DNA from: Eledone cirrhosa
Taxonomy: Eukaryota
Assembly (NCBI GenBank): GCA_964016885.1
Contig: OZ024740.1
Coordinates: 359,910,001-359,974,000, forward strand
DNA: 64,000 nucleotides
Direction: 5' to 3'
The notes beneath the pieces are model-generated. The model was not told the DNA's origin, ran no database searches, and worked only from the letters and a program-made list of their open reading frames with translations. The position numbers were made by a program, and so were the translations under genes. Below are positions 39,991 through 51,350 of the stretch, piece after piece (positions within the stretch are counted from its first letter, which is position 1; each line of letters starts with the position of its first letter).

Positions 39991-40379
39991 TTCTTCTTCT
40001 TCCAAGCGTGAATATAATATACTTCATGTTATAGCATCCTCTTGTTTGTTCGATTCTTGTTTCCTTTATATATATGCATTTATCAATGTGTCTATCTCTA
40101 TATTTCTCTTGGCAATCAAGCCAAGTATCATCGTGAGTCTATATAGGCCAAATTGTGTATATGTAATTTATGTATATGTATGGTGTATGTACATGTGTGT
40201 GTGCATGTGTATGTATGTGTTGTAAAACAAAGTACATGTGTCCTTCCTATAATATTAACATACATCCGCCAAATTAATTCCAGATTACAACATTTAGCTA
40301 TATATTTGGTAGTACAGTTACTTCCTTATATTATCCATAATTATTATCGATCACTTTTTATTATTATTATATTGCTTGA

Positions 40380-40662
40380 GGGCGGTGAATTGGCAGTATC
40401 GGTAGAGGGTCGGATGCCATGCTTTCCAGCATAGTTACGTCCCTTTACGGTCTGAGTTCAAATCCCGTCGAGGTTAACTTTGCCTTTCATCCTTACGGGG
40501 TCGATAACATAAAGAACCAGTAATACACTGGGGTCGATTTAATCGACTTTCCCCTCCTCCAAAATTGCTGGCCTTGTGCCTATAGTAGAAACAATTATTA
40601 TTGTTGGGCAGTAGATTAGCAGTATCGGTAGAGGGTCGGACGCCATGCTTTGCAGCATAGAG
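40380..40662 (+). mobile_element. Full SINE family A (long variant) followed by a second SINE head truncated at 40662
   Basis: 40380-40600 complete; 40606-40662 GGGCAGTAGATTAGCAGTATCGGTAGAGGGTCGGACGCCATGCTTTGCAGCATAGAG then an abrupt switch to GC-rich sequence. Confidence 0.88.
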
Positions 40663-41856
40663 CCTCGCTGGTCAACACGCTCGGCTCAGGCAGCTCCAGA
40701 AGATCCCACTCAGGATCCCGAGAGCGGCACGGGTGCCGGTAGCCGATGCCCTCGCTTCCTCGATTGAGAGAGCCCTGGACTCCAATCGAGCTAGTGACTG
40801 GGAGCTGCTGTTCTATTTCGCCCCACTCGCCCTCGGCCTCCCCAGCTCTGGCGCTAACCGGGGCGGCCGGTCAACAGCAACCTTCGTCAAGGCCAATGTC
40901 TCGTCCTTTGGACGAGCGCCCATTCCAAGCGTGCCCAGGGACGCCACACACCCCACCCTGAGGTACCCCTTCTCCTCCACCCCCGAGGCCAGCGCCAAGC
41001 GTTTGCGTGACCAGGTAAACGCCAAGCTTATCATGGGTGATGTCTCGGCCGCAGTCAGAGTTGTTGCCTCAGAGGAAATTGTCCTCCAACCCACCGAGGA
41101 GGTCCTGGCTGCTCTGCGACTCAAACACCCTGAGCCACCCACTGATCTCAGACACATAACCCCACTTGCTCCTTGTGGATTCTGATGCAGACATCATGTC
41201 CGCCATCAGGTCCTTCCCAGCTAGCAGCTGCGGAGGTGTTGATGGTCTCCGACCAGGCCACCTCAAGGAGTTGATATCCCCCCTCTCCGGTGAGGCCGGG
41301 CGCCGCCTTCTGTGTGCAATTGTGGCGGTCACCAATAGGCTCATCCATGGCGCTCTGGACCCTTACGCCCGAGGCCTCTTTTTTTTCGGCCAGCCTCACC
41401 GCTCTCAGGAAGAAAGAGGGTGGCATACGGCCCATTGCTGTGGGCAATGTCTTCCGGAGGCTGGCTGCCAAGGTGATCTGCAAGTTCGTAACACACGAAC
41501 TGGGTGAGGAGTTTAGTCCGGTGCAACTGGGTGTCGGCGTGTCCGGTGGCTGTGAGGGGGTTCTTCAACAGGTTCTGCTGCACGTCGGGCTGAGGAGGGC
41601 CAAACTCCTCAAATACCGGTCGCTCTACGACAGGTTTGCGGTCGTACCCCTGGAAGTGGAGACTTCTGGTGTCCTCAGCCCCAGGGCTACCTCCTTACTC
41701 ACCACCATAGGCGCTGAGCTGGCCAGCCGCAGGTGTGAGCCCCGCGAGTTGAAGTGGCTTTTCCAGCGCGTCTCCCTTGCCATCCTCCAGGGAAACGCCT
41801 TCTCCATTCTGTCCGCCGGGGCTGTGGGTGGTCCCCATCGCGTACCGTTGTTGTAG
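40663..41856 (+). pseudogene. CRE-clade non-LTR retrotransposon, 5'-truncated and internally deleted
   Basis: GDVSAAVR...LRLKHP, SFPASSCGGVDGLRPGHLK, LTALRKKEGGIRPIAVGNVFRRLAAK, QLGVGVSGGCE, jumping directly to the REL-domain tail KYRSL..FAVVPLEVETSG...LFQRVSLAILQGNA. Confidence 0.85.
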
Positions 41857-42639
41857 AAGAAACAGTAAGACAATAACTGGAAACTACATGGTGGGTACTG
41901 AAAATTTAATTAAAGCTGCCCAATTATTTTGAAAACGATATGTACATCCTTCTATCTCTCTATCTATCTATATCGATCTATCATTATATTGGGTGGTCAT
42001 TCTTTCTTAGACATATTTTAAACTTGGTGGAGCTCATCTCCTCTCCATGTGTGATCACGGCCGATTTCTCCATGAGAAAGGGAGAGGAAGCGAGAAAGTA
42101 ATATAGAAGAAGAATCAACCTCAGTACTAGACTGCTGCTTTTTTTTATTAACCTCGAAAGGATGAAAGACAAAGTTGAGCCTGGCAGAGAACCGGAACGA
42201 ATATCCGATGTTCTAATGATTCTCCCAATCTCCGCTTACATGGCATATGTACATCATAAATTAATAAAAAGGATAGGTTACCCGACTAAATGTTTTACGG
42301 AAGTTAATTATATTTCTTTAGGTTCTGGTTTCGAATCTGATCGAGATCTACTTTGTTCTTTAGACCTCCGATGTAGATAAACCGTGTATTAGTCATATAC
42401 TGGATATACTCAGTCAACTGTGTTCTTTTCCTGCATTTTGTCACCTTGTGCTAATGTAAGAAATCGTTATTATAGCTTGTGTAACCCATCTTTTCCATTG
42501 TAGTATTATATTGATTATATTGTTCACCTGCGTATGATAGAAACAATCAACCACTTAGTTGCAAGAAGGTTTTGTAAACGAGAACGATAAGTGAGAACTT
42601 AATGACTCTGTGTTCAAATGACGACACAGCATGGAATGG

Positions 42640-42985
42640 GCTGCCATCGGTTTCGACGATGAGTGTCCCAGTTGTTTGCTCAATAAAATAGCATACTCAT
42701 GAAATTAACGTGTAAGTGACTGAGCATTCCACAGAGACGTGTACTCTTAACGCAATTCACAGAGAGGTAGAGCGTGATACATTGTGTGATAAGGATCGTC
42801 CTTCGAATTACAAGAACACTCCATATGACAGGGTTCTTAACGGTTTCCGTCATTTGAATTTCACTCACAAGGTTGGGTCCACCTGAAGCTATGGTAAATA
42901 ACACTTGCCCAAGTGTTCACGTTGTGGGATCGAACCCAGGATCTAATGATTGCGAGGTAAACCTCTGAGCCATTCGATCATGCTG
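42640..42985 (-). mobile_element. CORE-like SINE family B
   Basis: Minus-strand B box GGGTTCGATCCC, CTTGGGCAAGTGT core-like block, shared 3' region. Confidence 0.72.
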
Positions 42986-43200
42986 CATCCACAATGATAC
43001 AATGGGCTAAAGCCTTTTTTTTTAACGACAGTGATTTTTTAAAACATTTTTACAAGGAATGGGGCAAAGAAGATTTAATCGACTTCAGTATATATTTTCT
43101 TCAGTATATACTTTCTTCGTTATATATTTTCATTGGAGAGTAGCCATATATGGAAATGCTTTCATGGAATAGCTGTTCAGCACTTTACCACATTTTAAAG

Positions 43201-43546
43201 CAGAGGTTCCCAAACGTTTTGGGCTACCGCCTCCGCCCCTCACAACCACGTAATACCCTCAGTACCCACCAACCTTATTTCCAGAGAGATCCGCCTACAC
43301 ATAAATTGTAAATAATATATAATAAATAAAATCGTTAATTTATATATAATAAATAATATAAGATATACTATGTATAAATAAATATTATATACCTTTTTTA
43401 TTTTACTATATTTATATATATGTATCATTTGATATTTAATATACTATTATATCATCTCTACCACCCACCCCCTTTAGGCCCCAGCACCCCTTTGGACCTT
43501 CTCAACACCCCTTGGGGGGCGGTAGCACCCACTTTGAGAACCTCTG
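43201..43546. mobile_element. hAT (Charlie-like) MITE
   Basis: TIRs CAGAGGTTCCCAAA / TTTGAGAACCTCTG; 8-bp TSD TTTTAAAG/TTTTAAAA; inverted sibling at 62108-62441. Confidence 0.88.
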
Positions 43547-43767
43547 TTTTAAAAGATGGCGTCACATTAGTGTTTCACTGTAAAAGAAATGATACACTAC
43601 AAATATATATATTATAAAACCTAAAATAGCATACAGTCATACAGTAATTAAATCTAATGACTTATATGTAAATACGTAAGGATGCGCCAGCCATAAAAAT
43701 ACACAAATAATGTTTAATTTAATCTACAACTTCGAAACATTTTCAAAGGTGAAATTTTTGTCCCTGA

Positions 43768-44115
43768 CAATTTCGCGACACGCCTGTATAACTTCGCTAC
43801 ACTTATAATTTCACATTACACCTGTAGAATTTCGCAATACACCTGTACAATTTTGCGGCACACCTGAATAATTTCGCAATACACCTGTACAATTTGGCGG
43901 CACACCTGTATAATTTCGCAATGCACCTGTACAATTTTGCGGCACATCTGTAGAATTTCGCAATACACCTGTACAATTTTGCGGCACATCTGAATAATTT
44001 CGCAATACACCTGTACAATTTTACGGCACACCTCTATAATTTCGCAATACACCTATACAATTTTGCGGCACACCTGTAGAATTTCGCAATGTACCTGTAT
44101 AATTTCCTAACACAC
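43768..44115. repeat. 21/42-bp higher-order minisatellite
   Basis: Alternating ACACCTGTACAATTTTGCGGC and ACACCTGTAGAATTTCGCAAT, about 16 monomers; followed by GGCTGGAAAACACTG (hAT-like terminus). Confidence 0.9.
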
Positions 44116-44492
44116 GGGCTGGAAAACACTGATGTAGTGTATTCTATCGATTTTCAGTACTGTCGTTTGGCTAACATTTCAATTATTGACCAGTATCGAT
44201 ACTGAATTACAAGTCTTCACCATATCAATCAATGATTCGTGGTATTTTTGTTGACCATAATAACAAAAGAGAGTTTGCAGCACAAATATCTAAAGAAACT
44301 TCGTTTATAAAGTACTAGTCTTTTGTTCTCTTCGCCGATGTACATACCTATACGCACGAACACACACATATATATGTATATATATATAAGCAGAAGGGAT
44401 ATTCAATTTGTTGGTAATTCAACAAATATAAATGTTTATAACTGATTCAGAGCACTCTACAAGTTTTCTGGAGTATAATATACAATGATATT

Positions 44493-44673
44493 TGGATTGG
44501 CAGTATCAGTAGAGGGTCAGACGCCATGCTTTCCAGCATAGTTACGTCCCTTTACGATCTGAGTTCAAATCCCGCCGAGGTTGACTTTGCCTTTCATCCT
44601 TACGGGGTCGATAAAATGAAGTACCAGTAATGCACTGGGTAATTGCTGGCCTTGTGCCTAAAGTAGAGACAAT
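44493..44673 (+). mobile_element. SINE family A (young short variant) inserted in the inverted arm of a hammerhead element
   Basis: Separates TACAATGATATT (about 44481-44492) from AAATAAATGGAAACTAT (44675 onward); joined, these match the reverse complement of 44870-44905. Confidence 0.85.
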
Positions 44674-44793
44674 TAAATAAATGGAAACTATATTTATAAA
44701 ACCATATTTATTCTATTATATACATTCTATTATATATATACTATTCAAGGATAACTTGAACCGTTAAGGTAAATTCTCCTTGGCTATGTCAAA

Positions 44794-44875
44794 ATTTATA
44801 AAACATTCTATCTGATGATAGCGTACCAAAATGTTGGTACTCTTGAAATATATATAATAGAATGGTTTTATAAAT
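44794..44875 (+). ncRNA. Type I hammerhead ribozyme (HHR4)
   Basis: ATTTATAAAACATTCTAT-CTGATGA-TAGCGTACCAA-AATG-TTGGTACTCTT-GAAA-TATATA-TA-ATAGAATG(G)TTTTATAAAT; 18-bp stem I with one bulge; AUA site at 44854-44856. Confidence 0.85.
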
Positions 44876-44902
44876 ATAGTTTCCATTTATTTAATATCAT
44901 TA

Positions 44903-45129
44903 TGTATATATATATAGATATTTATATATACATATATACATACAAACACACACACACACATATATATACATACACATACACACACAAATATATATATATA
45001 TATATACATACACATACACACATATATATATATACATACACATACACACACATATATATATACATACACATACACACACACATATATATATATATATATA
45101 CATACACACATATATATATACATAGACAT

Positions 45130-45162
<33 letters not shown>

Positions 45163-45415
45163 GATACACATACACACACATATATACACATACACACACA
45201 CATATATATACATACACACACATATATATACATACACACACACACATATATATACATATACATATACACACACATATATATATACATACACATACACACA
45301 CATACACATACACACACATATATATATACATACACATACACACACACACATATATATATGCACATACACACACATATATATATATATACACACATACACA
45401 CATATATATATATAT

Positions 45416-45464
<49 letters not shown>

Positions 45465-45530
45465 TATATACACACACACACACACACATATATATATACA
45501 CACACACACACACAAGCATATATATACATA
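44903..45530. repeat. Compound (TA)n(CA)n microsatellite
   Basis: Direct reading. Confidence 0.95.
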
Positions 45531-45694
45531 CAATGTGTAATCTAGCTTGCTATAGTATGAAGGAATCTTCCGTTTGTTTTTATTCATAAACATCCCTGAA
45601 GATGAATAAAAATATCTGGCGCCATAACACGGCTACTTAGGCAACTGTGACGTGATCAAAGCTTCAACACTCTTAGCGAGACTTATATATGTTT

Positions 45695-46392
45695 GCGGTG
45701 GATTGGCAGTATCGGTAGAGGGTCGGACGCCATGCTTTCCAGCATAGTTACGTCCCTTTATGATCTGAGTTCAAATCCCGCCGAGGTTGACTTTGCCTTT
45801 CATCCTTACGGGGTCGATAAAATAAAGTACCAGTAATGCACTGGGTAATTGCTGGCCTTGTGCCTAAAGTAGAAACAATTATATATAAACATAATTTGCT
45901 GACATTGTGCCTAAATTAGAAATCTTTATACCTAAACATATTTTATATGTTTTCATATACGACTCTGTTATGAATCACGCTATGTTAGTACTACTGCTAA
46001 CTAAATATGAATATTTCTAAGACGTTTATTTTTTCGGTTTATTTTAGCATTCACGTCTATGATCATACCAGAATGTATTTTGAAGTAAATACAGATTACG
46101 ATGTGCGTATAAAATTCTATATATAATTCTATATATATAGAATACATCCTTATAAATATCAACAGACAAACACAAACGCAATATCTCTATTTTTTGTCGT
46201 GAGGACAATTTAGTAACATACATAATACTTCAGAAGGTAGTGTGTGTTATATTCTTTAATCATATACAGAATTCTGAGGTCAAATCCCGCCGAGGTTAAC
46301 TTTGCCTTTCATCCTTACGGGGTCGATAAAATAAAGCACCAGTAACACACTGGGATAATTGCTGGCCTTGTGTCAAAAGTAGAAACAATTAT
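45695..46392 (+). mobile_element. SINE family A copies (45695-45881 full; 46273-46392 5'-truncated)
   Basis: Family A consensus blocks. Confidence 0.88.
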
Positions 46393-46400
46393 TAAAGCAT

Positions 46401-46482
46401 CTAATAAGTTTACGATCGTTTCGCTTGACTAACAGGAATGAATAGTCCATTCCTGCGAGAATAGCTCATCAGAATCAATCAA
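46401..46482 (-). ncRNA. Type I hammerhead ribozyme (HHR5), weak stem I
   Basis: Minus: CTGATGA-GCT...CAGGAATG-GACTATT-CATTCCTG...AGC-GAAA-CGATCG-TA; canonical core, palindromic stem III, GUA site; stem I only partly paired. Confidence 0.75.
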
Positions 46483-46797
46483 ATACAAATAATTTACCTT
46501 ACGAGAGAAAAAGAAAGTGAAGATGCAAATAATAATGTTTGTAGAGAAAATTATGGAAGCCTAAAAATGTAATTAAAATATATAAATGATAAAATATTTA
46601 TGTTTGGTAACTATAGATATTATACTAACTATGAAATATAAAAATAAGATACACTAAAATTAAGCTAGATTTAAGTTAATGGAGATTATAAAGTCTATTA
46701 TCACTAAGTGAAGTTATAAAAACATTGCCTATCTTGTTTCTTGTTGTGGACCATAAAATCATGTTGACCTTTAAATTTTCTTAGCCTTTATACTGTT

Positions 46798-46924
<127 letters not shown>

Positions 46925-47019
46925 TATGAGAAAAACTACAAACCCTCTATCTCAATTCTACTTTTAAAAAGCAGAAGAACTGCGAAATAAGATCAAAAGA
47001 TGGTTAAAAGAGTTCCATG

Positions 47020-47090
47020 TATTTTATTATGCGCATTTCAAAAACAAATATCATCATGCGATGACATTTGCGTTTTCGTCAGATAAAATA
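47020..47090 (-). ncRNA. Type I hammerhead ribozyme (HHR6)
   Basis: Minus: TATTTTAT-CTGACGA-AAACGCAAATGTCATC-GCAT-GATGATATTTGTTTTT-GAAA-TGCGCA-TA-ATAAAATA; 8-bp stem I, 16-bp stem II, palindromic stem III; lies in a unit of about 340 bp between two (TA)n tracts. Confidence 0.88.
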
Positions 47091-47258
47091 GGGAGACATG
47101 ATATGAAGGTTGAAAAACACTTGTGAATAGTGCAGTTTTAAATCAACATATGAAAAGTAGTTTTAGATTGATGTGTGATATTGGGAAAAAATATCTGATA
47201 TCTGATATCCGATATTTGCATTGCTTTATTGTACTACAATAAAACTCACCTCCTACAT

Positions 47259-47292
<34 letters not shown>

Positions 47293-47347
47293 TGACAAGA
47301 CGCAAATATGCAAAAGACTTATTAGTATCACGCTAATAAGAAGAGTG

Positions 47348-47378
47348 GGTAATGTTTCGGACATAAGTCCTTCTTCAG
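47348..47378 (-). ncRNA. Hammerhead-like variant motif of the kind seen in Penelope-like pseudo-LTRs
   Basis: Minus: CTGAAGA-A-GGAC-TTAT-GTCC-GAAAC-ATTACC; extra A after the core; no clear stem I. Confidence 0.45.
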
Positions 47379-47975
47379 GAAATGGAGAGTTCAGCGAGAG
47401 AGAGAGAGAGGGGGGGGAGAACATCGGAGTTTTGAAAAAAAAATTTTAAGAAGGCTGGTGGGGTAGGCTAGTGATTTGGCATTCGGAAATGGGGGCCGAA
47501 GTGAAAAGTCCAGGTGTGTTCAGATGGAGTGTATTTCATGGGTGTGCATTATTGTTTCTGTATGGATGTAGTTTGTGTATCGTTGATGGAAATGTGCGTG
47601 CGTGTGCCAGCGTGTGTCTGAATTTTTAATATATTTTTTGTGTGCACGTGCATGTATGTTTTTGTATGAGTGAGTGTGCCTGTGTACATACACGTGTGTG
47701 TCTGAGATTTATTTTGTATTGTTTGTGTGTACGTGTATACACGTGTGTGTCTGAATATTTTTGTGTTTTTTTATGTGTGCATATGTGTGTACATACGTGT
47801 GTGTGTGTATGATTATGAGTAAATTTTTATGTCGTGTTTTTGTATGGGTATGTAGTCGTACGTGTATGTGTATGTTTTTGTATGAATGTGTATGTTTATG
47901 TATGTGTGCGCATGTGTATATATATACGTGTGTCTGTGACGTTTTTGCATTATTTGTGTGTGTTTATACGCATTT

Positions 47976-48047
<72 letters not shown>

Positions 48048-48339
48048 AAATGCAGGCTTAATAATTTTCCTTAATGTGGTCAGAGTAAGAAGTGTCAAAA
48101 ACTAGGTTCTTCAGCTTACCAAACTGTAATTTGAAATTATTTTATATGCGAGAATGGGGCGCATAACTTGGAGAAGCGGACTCACATTGTAGAGCTAGCC
48201 TAGGACGTAACACATCCAGGCGCCGGCTTTTTGTGTTTCAAAACTGAACCAAATACCCTACCATCGATTGCGTGATTGTGTTAGTATATTAATTGCGTGA
48301 TAGTGTTAGTATATTAATTTCTTAGATATGGTAACGACT

Positions 48340-48860
48340 CGATTTAGTACTCGACTGGTACTTTAATTTCATTGACCATGGTGAGACTTGTATTCAGATT
48401 ATAAGGAACCTGAACAAATACCACAAGTCATTTTGTCCGACACTCTAATGATTCTGCTAATATTGGCACAAGCCCAGCAATTTGAAGGAAGGAAAAGTCG
48501 ATCATATCGACCCCAGCACTTAACTGGTACTTTATTTTATCAATCCAGAAAGGATGAAAAACGAAGATTACCTCGGTGAGATTTGAACTCAGATCGGAGA
48601 AAGTCGCAACTAAATACCACAAAGTATTTTGTCTGGTGCTCAAAGGATTCTTGCAATCCATGTAATAATAATAATAACAATAATGATTTCTACTATAGAC
48701 ACAAGCCAACAATTTGGGGAGAGGGGAAAGTCAATTAAATCGACCTCAGTGCATTACTGGTGTTTTATTTTATCTAACCCGTAAGGATGAAAGGAAAAGC
48801 TAACTTCGATGGGATTTGAACTCAGAACATAAAGGGTCGTCACTAAAATACTGCATGGAA
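48340..48860 (-). mobile_element. Three decayed SINE family A-related copies
   Basis: Repeated CTGGTACTTTATTTTATC...GGATGAAA...GATTTGAACTCAG blocks. Confidence 0.75.
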
Positions 48861-50023
48861 TGTTGTGATATAGAAAGATAGATAAGTATAGAGATTGATA
48901 CATATATAAAGAAAGAAATAGATATAATAGATAGAACTTCAATCTAACCTTCTAGGTGACTTAGAAAGATGATATCTTTTTCCGTCTCATCTAGGTTTTT
49001 CCAGTGGTTGAGGTAACATCCAAGAGTAGGGCTTACTGGCCGAGACACCACATACTTGCCGTGTCTTCCCGACGTTCTCATTGTGTCTTTCATTTCAATT
49101 CGATTTAAATAATTCTGGGTTTTTTAATCAAAGATATGTCAACTCTTAATTGTGGGTTCTTTTCTTTTTTAATCTTTTCCAAGTGTGGGAATATTGTGGG
49201 TCTGATTGTTGTTGTTGTTGTCGCAATGATTGTTTTGTTATGGAAGTTACTGTACGAAAGCAAAAGTGAAGGCGAAAGAATCTTTAGAGACCTCGATGGT
49301 ATTGAGTTATTTCTCCTCCTGCAGACAAGAGACGTATGACGTTGTGTTCACTCTATCCTTGCAACTATGTTCGCAGCAGATATAGGTAAGAATGAAGAAC
49401 GCATGCAACCACCCACTAATTATCTTCTTCTTCTTCTTCATATTACTGTTATTGTTGTTTCTGTTTTTGCTTTGGTTTTAAGATGTTTGTGACAACTACG
49501 ACCTTGCCCACAATTATGTACATACATACATACATATATACGTATGTACGTACATGTGTGTGAGTGTGTATGTGTATGAATGCGAGGGGCCCTAGTCAGC
49601 TGCTGTCAGGTGTAACGATCTTCCACTAAAGAAGTCTTAGCACGCCAAGTGGAACGCCAATAACAATGTCAATTTGTTTTATATCATTTACAGCGTTTTT
49701 CTCAATGTTAATCCGGCTTAAACTGTAGCTAGAATCTTATCTTAATCGACATTTTGATTATCTTCCTTATCATTATCTTCATAAATGAAGTAACATCAAC
49801 AACCACACAACCACTAACACTCTCCTAACCACACATCACCGCAACTATCATCATCGCCATTAGAATTAGTGTCAAATCCATCACCATCAACACCATCGAC
49901 TACAATGGCGGATTTATGACACTAGAGAAGGTTGCGCTATGCGTCTCTTCGAGAAAAATGTGTACTACTACTACTACTACTACTACTATTACTACTACTA
50001 TTACTAATGACGATGATGATATT

Positions 50024-50393
50024 TGTTTCTACTTTAGGAACAAGGCTAACAATTTTAGGGGAGGGGAAAGTCAATTAAATCGACCCAGTGTATTACCGGT
50101 ACTTTATTTTATCGAGCCCGTAAGGATAAAAGGCAAAGCTAACCTCGGCGGGATTTGAAATCAGAACGTAAAGGGCTGTAACTCTATATTGTAAATAATG
50201 TTGTCCGACGCTCTACCGATACTATCAATCCAATAATAATAATTGTTTCTACTTTGGCACTAGGCCAGCAATTATCCCAGTGCATTACTGGTGTTTTACT
50301 TAATAGACCTCCGTAAGGATGAATGGCAAATTTAACCTCGGCGGGATTTGAACTCAGAACATAAAGGGCCATAACTCTATGCTGAAAAGTTAT
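50024..50393 (-). mobile_element. Two adjacent SINE family A copies
   Basis: Second copy bounded by the 17-bp TSD AATCCAATAATAATAAT (50227-50243, 50394-50410). Confidence 0.85.
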
Positions 50394-50400
50394 AATCCAA

Positions 50401-50760
50401 TAATAATAATGATTTCTTTGTTTGTCAAAAGGGCACAAAGATAATGATGAGGACACACGGACAAAGTACAAATACAGTGTAAGGGGAGTTACATACAACC
50501 TGCGAAAATAAAGTAAGCCTCCAAAAATAGATAACAAGAAAATAACAACAATGACAATGTCCCTAATACGGGGAACAACTATCTAGGACAATAAAGGAAA
50601 CCCCTCAAAACGTTGTTCACTCCGAGCCCTAAGGGTTAGTGCCCTGTCTAAGCTATCTTCTCATGGCCATGCTCAGAGATTCATTTAGACCATGTCCACA
50701 ACTTTTAACTACTTTTCAACAAATTTACTGGGGATTGCACTTCTCTTTCCACTCTCCCTT
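50401..50760 (-). mobile_element. 3' fragment of a Tx1-like LINE related to the adjacent element
   Basis: Minus-strand PSKFVEK*LKV resembles PSKFYERWVKV at about 56630-56665; 3' end CTTTGTGCCCTTTTGACAAACAAAGAAATC(ATT)n resembles 56922-56955. Confidence 0.6.
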
Positions 50761-51350
50761 CCTTTTCCACCACCCTGTCCTTCGTTTCCTGAAGGTAGCA
50801 CTTCTCCCCCCCCCTACCTTCCTCTCCTGAGAGCAAACCTTTCTTTCCACCCACCCATCACTTTCCAAATGAAACATGAAAAAGTTGAGAAGAATGTGTC
50901 TGTCTCCAATCCTTTAAGTCACGATCAACACAAACTTTTTCAACATAACCACCACACAGAATTAAATTGCTAGTATTCTTTCATGAGGAGTTAATGTTCA
51001 GGCTGAGTGAGTAGCGGCCCACGTTCTGCGGGTCATTGAGAAAATGTTTCATAAGCATTTTAAGAGTCTTTCTTCTTCTTGAATCCGTAACTCCTAGTGG
51101 AGTCGTTGGAGCGCCGTAGTGACATACAGCGTTTCTTGAGCATTTGAGCCCATCACCTCTCCAGGTCTAAACACAGCCGATTTCTTCTAGAGAAGATAGA
51201 ATGATTGAGAGGAAGTGAAAAAGAGATATAGAAGAAGAATCGCTCCTTGTACTGGACTGGTATTCTACTTATCGATCTACCCCTCCCTGGGGTGAAATTT
51301 TCGTTTGGTAAAAAAAATTTCGCCGGTGAAAAAAAAAGTGTAAACAAACC

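Noticed and set aside
43803-44052. Cys-rich repeat proteins (YRCIAKL)n
   Set aside because: Open in all three minus frames because of a 21-bp minisatellite; no gene structure
45580-45622. CTGAAGA inside a TTTTTATTCAT/ATGAATAAAAA hairpin
   Set aside because: No GAAA/NUH in the required geometry
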